Shown one piece after another: positions 44,418 through 54,845 of a stretch of DNA of 62,628 nucleotides (positions are counted from its first letter, which is position 1; the number at the start of each line of letters is the position of its first letter). The stretch is from the NCBI GenBank assembly GCA_016182045.1, contig JACOYE010000013.1, positions 1 to 62,628 of the forward strand. The letters run 5' to 3'. The notes below the pieces were generated by a model. The model saw only the letters and a program-made list of their open reading frames with translations. It ran no database searches and was not told where the DNA came from. The translations under genes and the position numbers were made by a program. The stretch is from Candidatus Microgenomates bacterium. GTDB lineage: Bacteria > Patescibacteriota > Microgenomatia > Daviesbacterales > UBA10151.

Positions 44418-46166
44418 ATGGAAATTTCCAATTCTAAATTAACTAAAATCCTCAGGAATGTAGCCGCAGCTTATACTATTAAGGGAATTGGCAATATATT
44501 TCAAATACGAGCCTATGAGAATGCTGCGGATTCTGTGGAACGTTCCACCTCTGAAGTACAAGATTTGTGGGAAGAAGACAGACTTGATGAGGTACCTGCT
44601 TTGGGAGAAAAAATTAGGCAGTATCTGGATGAATTATTTAAAACGGGTAGAGTAAAGCACTTTGAAGAGGTGGAAAAAGGTATTCCTGAAGTTGTTTTTG
44701 ACCTTTTGAATGTACCAGGGGTAGGTCCTAAAACAGCCCAGAATTTAGCCAACTTAGGCGTAGAGAGTATTGAAGATCTCCAAAAACAAATTAAATCCGG
44801 AGAATTAGTCAAAAAAGACTTTTCCGGCAAAATTGCCCAGAATTTAATGGCTGGAATTAGAGAAATGAAAAGTAGAACAGGAAGAATACTTTTGCCTTAT
44901 GCTACAGCTCAGGCTACTAAAGTAGTAAATTATTTAAAAAGAAGTCCGGAGGTGATCGATACTTATCCTTTAGGTTCACTGCGCAGGATGGTAGCCACAG
45001 TTGGAGATCTGGATTTTTCTGCCAGTTCAAATCACCCGGCAAAAGTAGTTGAATATTTTTGTCAGATACCGGGAGTAACCAGAGTAATTGATAAAGGGCC
45101 AAATAAAGCCACAGTGGTTTTAAAAAGCGGTTTACAGCTGGATTTGTTGGTTGGTAAGCCGGATTCATATGGAGCCCTGCTGCAGCATTTTACAGGCTCT
45201 AAGGCACATAATATTAGGTTAAGAACATATGCTCAAGAAAAGGTCTACTCTTTATCTGAGTATGGTGTTAAACGTATGGAAGGTGGAAATCTCATAAAAA
45301 CAGAAACGGAAGACGAATTTTATAAACTACTGGGAATGGATACACCAGCACCCGAGATTAGAGAAGATACAGGAGAAATTGAGGCTGCAATAGCCCATAA
45401 ACTCCCCAAATTAGTCGAGTCTAAGGAAATAAAGGGTGATTTGCATCTGCATTCCAATTATCCCATTAGAAGTCCTTCTCACGGTCCTGGAGCAGACTCC
45501 ATAGAGGAGATAGTTAAAAAGGCTAAGCAACTGGGATATCAATTTGTGGGGATTTCTGATCACCCTCCTGGTTTCACTACAAGCAGTAAGGATGAAACAA
45601 TAAATTGGGTTCAAAAGAGGACAAAAAGTATTCAATCCATAAAAAGGAATACAAAAAGTATTCGAGTACTAAATGGTCTCGAAGTAGATATCCTAGGAAA
45701 TGGTGAATTGAGCGTACCGGATGAGGCATTAGCCATATTAGATTATTGTATAGCGGGAATCCATTCCGGACATAGGGGTTCCAAAGAAACTATTACCAAA
45801 AGATTAATGTCTGTCTTGGAAAATCCTTATGTGGATATAATTTCTCATCCGACCAATAGATTATTAAACGAGAGAGATTCATCAGATGCTGACTGGGATC
45901 AAATTTTTAAATATGCAGCTAGAAATAAAAAGCTTTTGGAAATAAATGCTTTTCCGAACAGATTAGATCTAAGAGATGATTTGGTAAGACAGGCACTAAA
46001 ATTTGGGGTTAAATTTATTATTAACACTGATGCTCATATGGTGAATCAGATGGACAATATGCTGTTTGGAGTGGCTGTGGCAAGACGGGGGTGGGCAGAA
46101 GCCAAAGATATTGTAAATACTTGGGACTGGACAGATTTTGCTAAATGGTTTAAGATTAAAGAGTAA
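44418..46166 (+). CDS. polX: DNA polymerase X with PHP exonuclease
   Basis: GSLRR...GDLD, LLQHFTGS. PHP motifs DLHLHS, ISDH, EVD, SHP, NTDAH. Confidence 0.95.
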   Translation: MEISNSKLTKILRNVAAAYTIKGIGNIFQIRAYENAADSVERSTSEVQDLWEEDRLDEVPALGEKIRQYLDELFKTGRVKHFEEVEKGIPEVVFDLLNVPGVGPKTAQNLANLGVESIEDLQKQIKSGELVKKDFSGKIAQNLMAGIREMKSRTGRILLPYATAQATKVVNYLKRSPEVIDTYPLGSLRRMVATVGDLDFSASSNHPAKVVEYFCQIPGVTRVIDKGPNKATVVLKSGLQLDLLVGKPDSYGALLQHFTGSKAHNIRLRTYAQEKVYSLSEYGVKRMEGGNLIKTETEDEFYKLLGMDTPAPEIREDTGEIEAAIAHKLPKLVESKEIKGDLHLHSNYPIRSPSHGPGADSIEEIVKKAKQLGYQFVGISDHPPGFTTSSKDETINWVQKRTKSIQSIKRNTKSIRVLNGLEVDILGNGELSVPDEALAILDYCIAGIHSGHRGSKETITKRLMSVLENPYVDIISHPTNRLLNERDSSDADWDQIFKYAARNKKLLEINAFPNRLDLRDDLVRQALKFGVKFIINTDAHMVNQMDNMLFGVAVARRGWAEAKDIVNTWDWTDFAKWFKIKE

Positions 46167-46235
46167 TTTATGAGCAATGATTTAAGAATAATGATTTTAA
46201 GTTCATAAATCATATTTCATAAATCCTAAATCATG
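46166..46235. repeat. Inverted pair of degenerate heptamer arrays filling the polX-lemA gap
   Basis: ATTTATGAGCAATGATTTAAGAATAATGATTTTAAG, then TTCATAAATCATATTTCATAAATCCTAAATCATG. Confidence 0.75.
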
Positions 46236-46781
46236 ATCGGATATATAATTATAGGAATTTTAATAGTTTTAGCTTTATGGTTATTATTTACCTATAATTC
46301 ACTTATCACCTTAAGGAATAGAGTCAGAGAAGCTTGGTCACAGATTGACGTTCAACTTAAGAGACGGTCTTCTTTAATTCCTAATTTAGTTGAAGCTGTT
46401 AAGGGTTATGCTAAGCATGAAAGAGGGGTTTTTACTGAAGTAACCAAGGCAAGAACGGCTTTGATGGGTGCCAAAAATCCTGGTGAGGCTGCCCAAGCAA
46501 ACAATATGCTAACCGGAGCTTTAAAATCCCTTTTTGCTGTGGCTGAAGGTTACCCGGAGCTTAAGGCTTCGGAAAATTTTAAGCAGCTTCAGGAAGAACT
46601 TTCCGATACAGAAACAAAAGTGGCTGCCTCAAGACAATTTTATAACACCAATGTTTTGGATTTGAATAATTCTCTGGAGCAATTTCCGTCAAATTTAGTG
46701 GGTCAATGGTTTAGCTTCCAAAAAGAAGAATTCTTCAAAGCTTCTGAGCAAGAGAAGAAAGATATTGAAGTTACATTCTAG
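46233..46781 (+). CDS. lemA: LemA family protein
   Basis: [49 protein letters not shown]. Confidence 0.96.
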   Translation: MIGYIIIGILIVLALWLLFTYNSLITLRNRVREAWSQIDVQLKRRSSLIPNLVEAVKGYAKHERGVFTEVTKARTALMGAKNPGEAAQANNMLTGALKSLFAVAEGYPELKASENFKQLQEELSDTETKVAASRQFYNTNVLDLNNSLEQFPSNLVGQWFSFQKEEFFKASEQEKKDIEVTF

Positions 46782-46808
46782 AGATTGCTTCGTTACACTC
46801 GCAATGAC
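46782..46808 (+). repeat. REP-like element (AGATTGC...CTCGCAATGAC family)
   Basis: AGATTGCTTCGTTACACTCGCAATGAC. Confidence 0.85.
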
Positions 46809-46836
46809 ACCCAAAAAGTGATAAAATTTAGCCACT

Positions 46837-47790
46837 ATGGCAACTGTTAACACTGCTTGGGATCATGTTTCAGGGAATATTTTCAAAACATGGTTAATCA
46901 TGTTTTTCTTTTCCGCGTTCACTGTAGGAGTTATTTATGTAATAGCCCGTGGTTTTGGGTATGGAGAAGTAGGGGGGTTAGGGATTGTGGGATTTGCTTT
47001 GATTATGGCTGGAGTAATGAATTTTATTTCTTACTACTGGTCAGATAAGATCGTTTTAGGAATATCTGGAGCAAAGTCTATCGAGAAAAAGGATAACCCT
47101 GAAGTTTATAGAATTGTGGAGAACCTTTGTATTGCTGCAGGCTTACCCTTACCCAAAATTTATATCATTGATGATACTGCCACCAATGCTTTTGCCACAG
47201 GTAGAGACCCCAAGCATGCAGCCATTGCTTTTACTAAAGGAATTTTACAAAAACTTAATAAGCACGAGTTGGAAGGAGTCACTGCTCATGAGTTGTCTCA
47301 TGTAGGAAACAGAGACACTTTGCTGATGGCAGTTGTGTCAGTATTGGTGGGAACAATTGCTCTGCTGGCTGATTTTTTCTTAAGAAGTATGTTCTATGGT
47401 GGTAGAGATAGAGAGGGGAGAGGAAATCAGTTATTTGTTATTTTGGCCATTGTAGCAGCCATACTGGCTCCGATTGTGGCAACTTTAATCCAACTGGCAG
47501 TATCCAGAAGAAGAGAGTTTTTAGCGGACGCATCAGGAGTACTACTGACTAGGTATCCACAAGGTTTAGCCAATGCCTTGTTGAAAATTTCAGCCGATAA
47601 GGAGCCTTTGGAAGTGGCCAATCGTGGGACAGCCCACTTATATATAGTTAACCCCCTAAAAGGGCAGGAAGCCAAACAATGGCTGGTTGGTCTTTTTAAT
47701 ACCCATCCTCCCATTCAAGCCCGGATAAAAGCTCTTCAGGAAATGGAAGGTTTGTCCGCCGAAGCTTCAGCAAAGGCGGGAAAAGTTTAG
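46837..47790 (+). CDS. htpX: M48 zinc metalloprotease HtpX
   Basis: NAFATGR, GVTAHELSH (HExxH), SRRREFLAD, THPP. Confidence 0.94.
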   Translation: MATVNTAWDHVSGNIFKTWLIMFFFSAFTVGVIYVIARGFGYGEVGGLGIVGFALIMAGVMNFISYYWSDKIVLGISGAKSIEKKDNPEVYRIVENLCIAAGLPLPKIYIIDDTATNAFATGRDPKHAAIAFTKGILQKLNKHELEGVTAHELSHVGNRDTLLMAVVSVLVGTIALLADFFLRSMFYGGRDREGRGNQLFVILAIVAAILAPIVATLIQLAVSRRREFLADASGVLLTRYPQGLANALLKISADKEPLEVANRGTAHLYIVNPLKGQEAKQWLVGLFNTHPPIQARIKALQEMEGLSAEASAKAGKV

Positions 47791-47802
47791 TATAATCCAA
47801 AT

Positions 47803-48096
47803 ATGAAATTGACAGAAGAGCAGGTAAAACATGTAGCTAAACTTGCCAATTTACCACTTACATCTGAGGAAGAAGAGAAATATTCGGAGCAGCTCTCTAA
47901 AATCCTTGATTATATAGAGCAATTAAACTCAGTTGACACCAAAGATGTGGAACCTACTTTTAATGTTTCAGGTCAGAGTAATGTAATGAGTGAAGATACA
48001 ACTGTTCCTTCACTATCACAAGAAGATGCATTATTGAATGCCTCCAAAAAAGAGAAAGGATTTTTTGTGACAAAAGGAGTATTTGAGGAAGAATAA
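47803..48096 (+). CDS. gatC: Asp/Glu-tRNA amidotransferase subunit C
   Basis: VKHVAKLANL, LSKILDYIEQL, DVEPT. Confidence 0.95.
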   Translation: MKLTEEQVKHVAKLANLPLTSEEEEKYSEQLSKILDYIEQLNSVDTKDVEPTFNVSGQSNVMSEDTTVPSLSQEDALLNASKKEKGFFVTKGVFEEE

Positions 48097-48161
48097 GATT
48101 GCCACGCCACTTCGTGGCTCGCAATGACGTCATCGCGAGGAGCGTAGCGACGTGGCGATCT
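48096..48161. repeat. Tail-to-tail doublet of 33-bp REP-like elements (BIME-like)
   Basis: AGATTGCCACGCCACTTCGTGGCTCGCAATGAC + GTCATCGCGAGGAGCGTAGCGACGTGGCGATCT. Confidence 0.9.
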
Positions 48162-48170
48162 AATTAAATC

Positions 48171-49459
48171 ATGGACGTAACTAAATTAACCTTAACAGAG
48201 ACTTTAGACGCCTTAAAAAGAAAAGATTTTTCTGAAGAGGAATTAAACAATGCTTATTTGGATAGCATTAATACTCTAAATTCAAAGCTAAATATTTTTT
48301 TAGAAGTTAAAAAAAATACTCGCGGTATACCTGCGGCAATTAAAGATGTAATTATAACCCGAGGAATTAAAACTACAGCGGGGTCAAAAATTTTGAGTAA
48401 TTTTATACCTCCATATAATGCTACAGTAATGGATAGACTTTCGGAACAAAATATTTCTGTTATTGGAAAGACCAATTGTGATGAGTTTGCAAAGTTACAG
48501 GTGGATCTTCCAGTGGTTCAGCTGCGGCCGTTGCTGCTGATCTCTGTGTATTTGCTCTTGGTTCTGATACAGGTGGTTCAATACGTCAACCTTCGTCGCT
48601 TTGCGGAGTGGTGGGTTTAAAATCAACTTATGGTCGTGTCTCAAGGTATGGTTTAATTGCCATGGCTTCATCTTTAGACTCAATAGGTCCAATTACTAAA
48701 TCCGTGGAAGATGCGGCTTTAGTATTAGAATGGATTTCTGGTCCTGATGGATATGACTCCAACTCTACGAGAGAAAAGTTTATGATGCAACCTTCGAGGT
48801 TGAAAGCTGGATTAAAGGGTTTAAAAGTAGGAGTACCTAAGGAATATTTTGGAGAAGGTTTGGACCCTAAAATGAAAAAAATAATTGAGGAGGCAATTAA
48901 AAAGCTTGAGGAGTTAGGTGCAGAAATAGTTGAGGTGAGTTTGCCTCACAGCCCATATGCTTTAGCAACATATTACATAATCGTTCCTTCTGAAGTTTCT
49001 TCTAATATGGCCAGGTATGATGGGATTAGATTTGGTGGTAGTAGGGAGGATATTGGACCAGAGGTTAAAAGAAGAATAATGCTGGGAACTTATGCTCTAT
49101 CTTCTGGCTATTATGATGAGTATTATGCAAAGGCTGCCAAAGTCAGAACTTTAGTAAAAAAAGATTTTGAAATAGTCTTTGAGAAAGTGGATGTCATAGT
49201 TGGTCCGGTCTCCCCCACCACAGCATGGAATTTAGGAGAAAAGATAAACGATCCCTTAACAATGTATTTATCTGATATTTACACCATTTCTGCTAATTTA
49301 GCAGGCATTCCAGGATTGTCTATTCCTTGTGGATTTTCTGACGGATTGCCTGTGGGTCTTCAGATTTTAGGGAAACAATGGGATGAAGAGACAATATTAA
49401 GAGTTGGTTATGCGTATGAACAAGTAACAGAGTGGCATAAGGAGAAACCCAAACTATGA
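48171..49459 (+). pseudogene. gatA: gatA with an internal deletion and frameshift at about 48490 (real lesion or assembly error)
   Basis: GKTNCDEF(A) joins out of frame to [15 protein letters not shown]...DTGGSIRQP. The usual MGSS-ENS...T-NPW segment is absent. Confidence 0.85.
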
Positions 49460-50829
49460 CACAGTATGAACCTGTTATTGGGCTTGAGGTACATGTTGAA
49501 CTTAATACCAAATCCAAAATGTTTTGTAGGTGTAGCGCTGATTATTTTGGAAAAGAACCTAATACTCATACATGCCCTGTATGTCTGGGGCTGCCGGGAG
49601 CTTTACCTTACATAAATGAGGAGGCTATAAATAAATGTCTACAAATTGGTTTGGCTTTGAATTGTAGTATTTCAGAAAAATCTCTCTTTGAAAGAAAAAA
49701 TTATTTTTATCCGGATCTTCCCAAAGGATACCAGATTTCTCAATATAGATGGCCGCTTTGTATAAATGGACATATAGAGGTGGAAGATGAAAATGGCAAT
49801 GCTCTAATGATACGAATCAATAGAGCACACCAGGAGGAGGACACAGGTAAGTTGACCCATATAGGAAGAGAGACTCTCATAGATTTTAATAGAAGTGGTA
49901 TTCCACTGGTAGAGATAGTTACAGAGCCGGATTTTCATTCAACTGCTCAAGTTAAAGACTATGCCAAGAAGCTCCAGCAGCTATTTAGATATTTAGGTGT
50001 TTCAAATGCAGACATGGAGCGCGGTGATATGCGACTAGAGGCTAATGTTTCGGTCGGAAAATCGAATGGACACCCCAAGGGTGTAGCTCGAAGTTTGCCA
50101 AACTATAGGGTTGAATTAAAGAATATAAATTCTTTTAGATTTATGGTGGCTGCTATTGAATATGAAATTAAACGACAAATTATCGCATTAGAGAGGGGAG
50201 AAAAACTTACTCAAGAAACTAGAGGTTGGGATGAGGATAAAAAGTGTACATATTTACAAAGAAGCAAAGAAGAGGCTCATGATTACCGCTATTTTCCCGA
50301 ACCAGATCTTCCTGAATTAATTTTGAGTAAAGAAAAAATCCAAAAATTAAAAGATTCACTTCCGAAATTGCCTGTCGAAAGAGCGCAACAGCTAATAGAA
50401 ATGGGTATTCCCAAAAATATTGCATTTGCGTCAGTGGTAACAGTACAAAGAGCGGATTATATTCAAAGAGCTATTGAATACTCCAAAGCTCGGGGTGTAG
50501 ATATGGTGGGGATAGTGAACTATATAATAAATAGAAACATATATGCTCGTGGTGTCCCGCCGGAACAGGCAGTCTCTGACTACCAAACTCAAACTACTAA
50601 TATTATTTCAGATCAAGGGGAATTAGAAAAATTAGCAAAACAGGCAATTAAGGAAAATCCAAGAGCTGTTGAGGATTATAAGCAAAGCTTGCTTTCGTCT
50701 GGCGACGAAAGTAAAGCAGGTAACCCTAATGCTATTCAGGTTTTAATAGGTGCCATGATGAAAAAGACATCTGGTAAGGCAGATGCTTCGAAGTTACAGG
50801 GTATACTAAAACTGCTACTTGAAAAGTGA
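49456..50829 (+). CDS. gatB: Asp/Glu-tRNA amidotransferase subunit B
   Basis: [58 protein letters not shown]. Confidence 0.96.
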   Translation: MTQYEPVIGLEVHVELNTKSKMFCRCSADYFGKEPNTHTCPVCLGLPGALPYINEEAINKCLQIGLALNCSISEKSLFERKNYFYPDLPKGYQISQYRWPLCINGHIEVEDENGNALMIRINRAHQEEDTGKLTHIGRETLIDFNRSGIPLVEIVTEPDFHSTAQVKDYAKKLQQLFRYLGVSNADMERGDMRLEANVSVGKSNGHPKGVARSLPNYRVELKNINSFRFMVAAIEYEIKRQIIALERGEKLTQETRGWDEDKKCTYLQRSKEEAHDYRYFPEPDLPELILSKEKIQKLKDSLPKLPVERAQQLIEMGIPKNIAFASVVTVQRADYIQRAIEYSKARGVDMVGIVNYIINRNIYARGVPPEQAVSDYQTQTTNIISDQGELEKLAKQAIKENPRAVEDYKQSLLSSGDESKAGNPNAIQVLIGAMMKKTSGKADASKLQGILKLLLEK

Positions 50830-50860
50830 TAGTATAGAGCTGCTAAAATAGGTAAGTCAG

Positions 50861-50895
50861 AGATCCTTCGCTAACGCTCAGGACGGCTCATGACA
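50861..50895 (+). repeat. REP-like element related to the AGAT..CTTCG..CTC..ATGAC family
   Basis: AGATCCTTCGCTAACGCTCAGGACGGCTCATGACA. Confidence 0.55.
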
Positions 50896-50908
50896 GAGGA
50901 AGAATTAT

Positions 50909-53900
50909 ATGAGTCGGTTTGTTCATCTTCATGGCCATACAGAATACTCTCTTTTAGATGGTCTATCCAAGATTCCAAAGCTGGTTAAAACAGTAAAAGA
51001 TTTCGGGATGGATGCTGTGGCGATAACAGATCATGGGGTAATGTATGGTGCCATAGAGTTTTATAAACAGTGTCGCGATGCAGGGATAAAACCCATTGTG
51101 GGAGTTGAGCTGTATGTTGCCAAAAGATCTCACAAGGATAAAGAAGGAAAATTAGATAGCGAACCTTTTCATTTAACGGTTCTGGCTAAAAACTACCAGG
51201 GTTATCTTAATTTGATGAAGCTGACAACTTTGGCTCATGTGGAAGGGTATTACTACAGACCAAGAGTTGATAAAAAATTATTAAAAGAATTTTCAGAAGG
51301 TCTAATCGCTTTATCGGGCTGCCCGTCGTCAGAATTTATTAGAAGTTTGCATGATCCTAAAAAGGCAGAAGAAGTTGCCAAAAGTTATTTGGAAATTTTT
51401 GGTGAGGGAAATTTTTATTTTGAGTTGCAACGCCATCCTTATCAAGACAATTTGGAAGTTGCCAAAGATGAGATAGTCATCAAAGAACTTCAAGATCTGG
51501 TTAAAATCCAGCAAATGATGGAAAGAGGGGTATTGGAGCTCTCCCCAAAATTAGGAATTCCCATTGTTGCCACCAATGATTTCCATTACATTCAAAAAGA
51601 TGATGCGGAAGCTCAGGATGCTTTACTTTGTATTCAGACCGGCAAGTTTATTCAAGATAGTAATCGACTACGGATGATTGATACTCCGGATTATTATGTA
51701 AAGTCAGCCAAAGAAATGGCTGAGGACTTTGCTGATTTACCCCAAGCCGTTGAAAATACCCTCAAGATTGCCAATATGGTGGATTTGGAGATTCCTTTAG
51801 GTGTAGCCCGTTTCCCCTTGTTCCAAACTCCCGCCGGGTTATCTTCCATGGAATATTTAAAGGAACTTACCTATAGGAAAGCTGGGGAAAAGTTAGAACT
51901 TACACCCGAGGTTAACAAACGACTGGAATACGAACTGGGCGTCATCGAAAAAAAGAAATATGCCGATTATTTTTTGGTGGTATGGGATTTTATGGAATGG
52001 GCACATCAAAATGGGGTCATCACCACCACCAGAGGTTCTGCGGCAGGCTCGTTAGTATTATATTGTTTGGGAGTAACTAATTTAAACCCTTTAGATTATT
52101 TGCTTCCTTTTGAGCGTTTTCTGACAGTTGAAAGACCTACCCTGCCTGATATTGATGCCGATATGGCTGATGATAAGAGAGATCAAGTCATAAAATACGT
52201 TATGGATAAGTATGGAGATGACAAAGTGGCTCATATCGTCACCTTTGGAACAATGATGGGAAGAGCTGCCATTAGGGATGTAGGTAGGGTTTTAGGATTA
52301 AGTTATGCTGAGGTGGACAGAATTGCCAAACTGATCCCCCCTCCTCATCAGGGTTTTCATAAACCCCTGCCTGATGCTATCAGAGAGGTGCCGGAACTGG
52401 CCCAATTCTACAGAAACGATCCTCAGGTTAAGCGCTTGCTTGATTTGGCGATAAAGATTGAGGGTACCATTAGGCATGCTTCCGTTCATGCGGCAGGAAT
52501 TGTGATAGCCCCCGAGGAAATTACCAACTTTACTCCCCTGCAAAAAGAGTCAAATGGGGACAAGTTGGTTACCCAATACGACATGTTTGCTGTGGAGGAT
52601 GCTGGTTTGGTTAAAATGGACTTTTTAGGTATCAGGAACTTATCCATTTTAGGCGGGGCAGTGGAATTTGTTAGAGAAAATAGGGGCTTGGATGTAGATA
52701 TAAATAATATTCCTCTTAATGATAAAAAAGCCTTTGAGCTTCTATCCAAGGGTGAAACCATGGGTATATTCCAGTTGGAAGGGTCGGGAATGACCAGGTA
52801 TTTGGTGGATCTTAAACCCAAAAATATTTTTGATATTCAAGCTATGGTAGCTTTATATAGACCCGGTCCGATGAGTGTGATTCCGGAATATATTGCCCGC
52901 AAACAAAACGTACAAAAAATCCAATATTTTGATCCACGGATGAAGGAATTTACCGAAACATCTTTGGGACTTCTGATTTATCAGGATGATGTGTTACTGA
53001 CCGCCATAAATATTGCCGGCTATTCGTGGGAAGAGGCAGATAAGTTCCGCAAAGCCATGGGTAAAAAGATTCCCACCGAGATGGCCAAACAAAAAGGGAA
53101 GTTTGTCGATGGTTGTGTCAAAAATGGCATGAGAAGAGCAAAAGCGGAAGAACTCTTTTCTTTAATCGCTCCTTTCGCAGCCTATGGTTTTAACAAGGCT
53201 CATGCCGCCTCATATGCCATGGTGGCTTACCAGACTGCTTATATGAAGGCCAATTTCCCGGTTGAATTTATGGCTGCTGCAATGACCGCCGAGTCGTCGG
53301 ACACAGACAAAATTGCCGCGGCCATAGATGAGTGTAAAAGATTGGAAATTGTGGTTTTACCTCCGGACATTAATAAATCAGAAGTTGGATTTTCTTTGGA
53401 AAAACTTAAGAGTTTAACTAAAGAGGATCTGGATCGTAGTTTAAGCGTGGAGGTGGGGATGGAAAAAAGTGAGGTCAAGCTCGCTACGCGAAGCGAGCAA
53501 GGTATCCGCTTTGGTTTATCTGCCATCAAAAATGTGGGTGAGGGAGCTATAGACTCGATTCACAAAGCAAGGGAAGAGGAGGAGTTTACATCACTTTGGG
53601 ATTTGTGCTCAAGAGTGGACACCAGATTGGTTAACAGAAAAACTTTGGAGAGTTTAATAAAGGCAGGCGCTTTGGATAATTTAGGTAAAAGAAGCGCTCA
53701 GCTTTTAATATTAGATCAGTGTTTGGAAGAGTCCCATAAATTGAATAAAAATAAATTGTCCGGACAGGTGTCCTTATTTGAGGGAAGAGACGACTTAGGA
53801 AGCTTGGTGATCAAACTGCCTGAAGTTGAAGAAATGCCCCTGGAACAACTGTTGGCTTTTGAGAAAGATTTACTGGGTTTTTACTTACATGAACCACCGT

Positions 53901-54475
53901 ATTTGTCAAAACTAAACTTATTAGGTCGATTTGTTAGTTGCAGACTGGTTGATTTGACTGATAATTATATTGGACAAAAATTAAGTTTGGGTGGAGTAAT
54001 TACGGAAGTAAAAAAAGTTTTAACCAAAAGGAGTGCTCAGGAGATGGCCTTTATTAGAGTGTCTGATGGGATGTCGGATATTGAAGCAGTGGTGTTCCCC
54101 GCCACTTTTGCCCAATCCAAGGATTTTTTAGCCAGGGACCAGGTAGTTCTGATTGCCGGAAGAGTTGACAAAAGAGAGGAGGAACTATCCTTAGTTTGTG
54201 AGACTATTGATCTTTTTGACCCGCAAAATATGGAAAATTTGGATATTGAGAACCTGGTTGAAATATATGTTCCTTCCGGTACGGATGTGACTACCCTGCA
54301 GTCTATTAACAGGACTTTAAGAGGACATCCGGGAGATGTACCGGTGGTTTTGCTATTACCTAATGGGGGATCGGAGCTTAGAAGAATGAATTTGCCATTT
54401 TCCATTAGTCCTAACCCAACCCTTCAGGAAGAGATTAGAAAGCTTTTAGGTAAGGAGTCTTTCAGGCGCTTGTAG
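50909..54475 (+). CDS. dnaE: DNA polymerase III alpha subunit
   Basis: FVHLHGHTEYSLLDG, GRGS-like TRGSAAGS, PDIDAD, KMDFLG, FNKAHA, IRFGL, OB fold. Confidence 0.97.
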   Translation: MSRFVHLHGHTEYSLLDGLSKIPKLVKTVKDFGMDAVAITDHGVMYGAIEFYKQCRDAGIKPIVGVELYVAKRSHKDKEGKLDSEPFHLTVLAKNYQGYLNLMKLTTLAHVEGYYYRPRVDKKLLKEFSEGLIALSGCPSSEFIRSLHDPKKAEEVAKSYLEIFGEGNFYFELQRHPYQDNLEVAKDEIVIKELQDLVKIQQMMERGVLELSPKLGIPIVATNDFHYIQKDDAEAQDALLCIQTGKFIQDSNRLRMIDTPDYYVKSAKEMAEDFADLPQAVENTLKIANMVDLEIPLGVARFPLFQTPAGLSSMEYLKELTYRKAGEKLELTPEVNKRLEYELGVIEKKKYADYFLVVWDFMEWAHQNGVITTTRGSAAGSLVLYCLGVTNLNPLDYLLPFERFLTVERPTLPDIDADMADDKRDQVIKYVMDKYGDDKVAHIVTFGTMMGRAAIRDVGRVLGLSYAEVDRIAKLIPPPHQGFHKPLPDAIREVPELAQFYRNDPQVKRLLDLAIKIEGTIRHASVHAAGIVIAPEEITNFTPLQKESNGDKLVTQYDMFAVEDAGLVKMDFLGIRNLSILGGAVEFVRENRGLDVDINNIPLNDKKAFELLSKGETMGIFQLEGSGMTRYLVDLKPKNIFDIQAMVALYRPGPMSVIPEYIARKQNVQKIQYFDPRMKEFTETSLGLLIYQDDVLLTAINIAGYSWEEADKFRKAMGKKIPTEMAKQKGKFVDGCVKNGMRRAKAEELFSLIAPFAAYGFNKAHAASYAMVAYQTAYMKANFPVEFMAAAMTAESSDTDKIAAAIDECKRLEIVVLPPDINKSEVGFSLEKLKSLTKEDLDRSLSVEVGMEKSEVKLATRSEQGIRFGLSAIKNVGEGAIDSIHKAREEEEFTSLWDLCSRVDTRLVNRKTLESLIKAGALDNLGKRSAQLLILDQCLEESHKLNKNKLSGQVSLFEGRDDLGSLVIKLPEVEEMPLEQLLAFEKDLLGFYLHEPPYLSKLNLLGRFVSCRLVDLTDNYIGQKLSLGGVITEVKKVLTKRSAQEMAFIRVSDGMSDIEAVVFPATFAQSKDFLARDQVVLIAGRVDKREEELSLVCETIDLFDPQNMENLDIENLVEIYVPSGTDVTTLQSINRTLRGHPGDVPVVLLLPNGGSELRRMNLPFSISPNPTLQEEIRKLLGKESFRRL

Positions 54476-54505
54476 AGTTGGGTTATTTTGTGATACTATT
54501 CCAGC

Positions 54506-54841
54506 ATGATTTCCACAAAATTTGGTGATCAAAACGTTCATGTTGGGGATACTTTAAGAGTGTATTCCAAAGTGGAAGAGAGTGGAAAGGTGAGAGTTCA
54601 GGTTTTTGAAGGAATTTTAATAAGAGTTAGAGGTAGAGGAGAGAATGAGCAAAGATCTTCTTCGAATAAAACTTTTACTGTTAGAAGAATAGGTGCAGGG
54701 GGAATTGGGGTGGAAAGAACCTGGCCTTTAGATAGTAGGTCCTTGGTTAAGATTGAGTTGAAGAAAAAAGCTACAAAGGTAAGAAGATCCAAGCTTTATT
54801 ATTTAAGAGATTTAGCTGGTAGAAGTGCTGTAAGGGTATAA
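54506..54841 (+). CDS. rplS: 50S ribosomal protein bL19 with a 7-aa insertion
   Basis: GDTLRV, QVFEG, FTVRRIG..GIGVERTWP, VRRSKLYYLR. Confidence 0.94.
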   Translation: MISTKFGDQNVHVGDTLRVYSKVEESGKVRVQVFEGILIRVRGRGENEQRSSSNKTFTVRRIGAGGIGVERTWPLDSRSLVKIELKKKATKVRRSKLYYLRDLAGRSAVRV

Positions 54842-54845
54842 AATA

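Noticed and set aside
48171-49459. Programmed ribosomal frameshift in gatA
   Set aside because: Conserved residues are physically missing at the junction, so frameshifting could not restore the protein.
50909-54475. Intein or intron in dnaE
   Set aside because: Length and motif order are normal. The insertion near 53400-53500 is short and has no splicing motifs.
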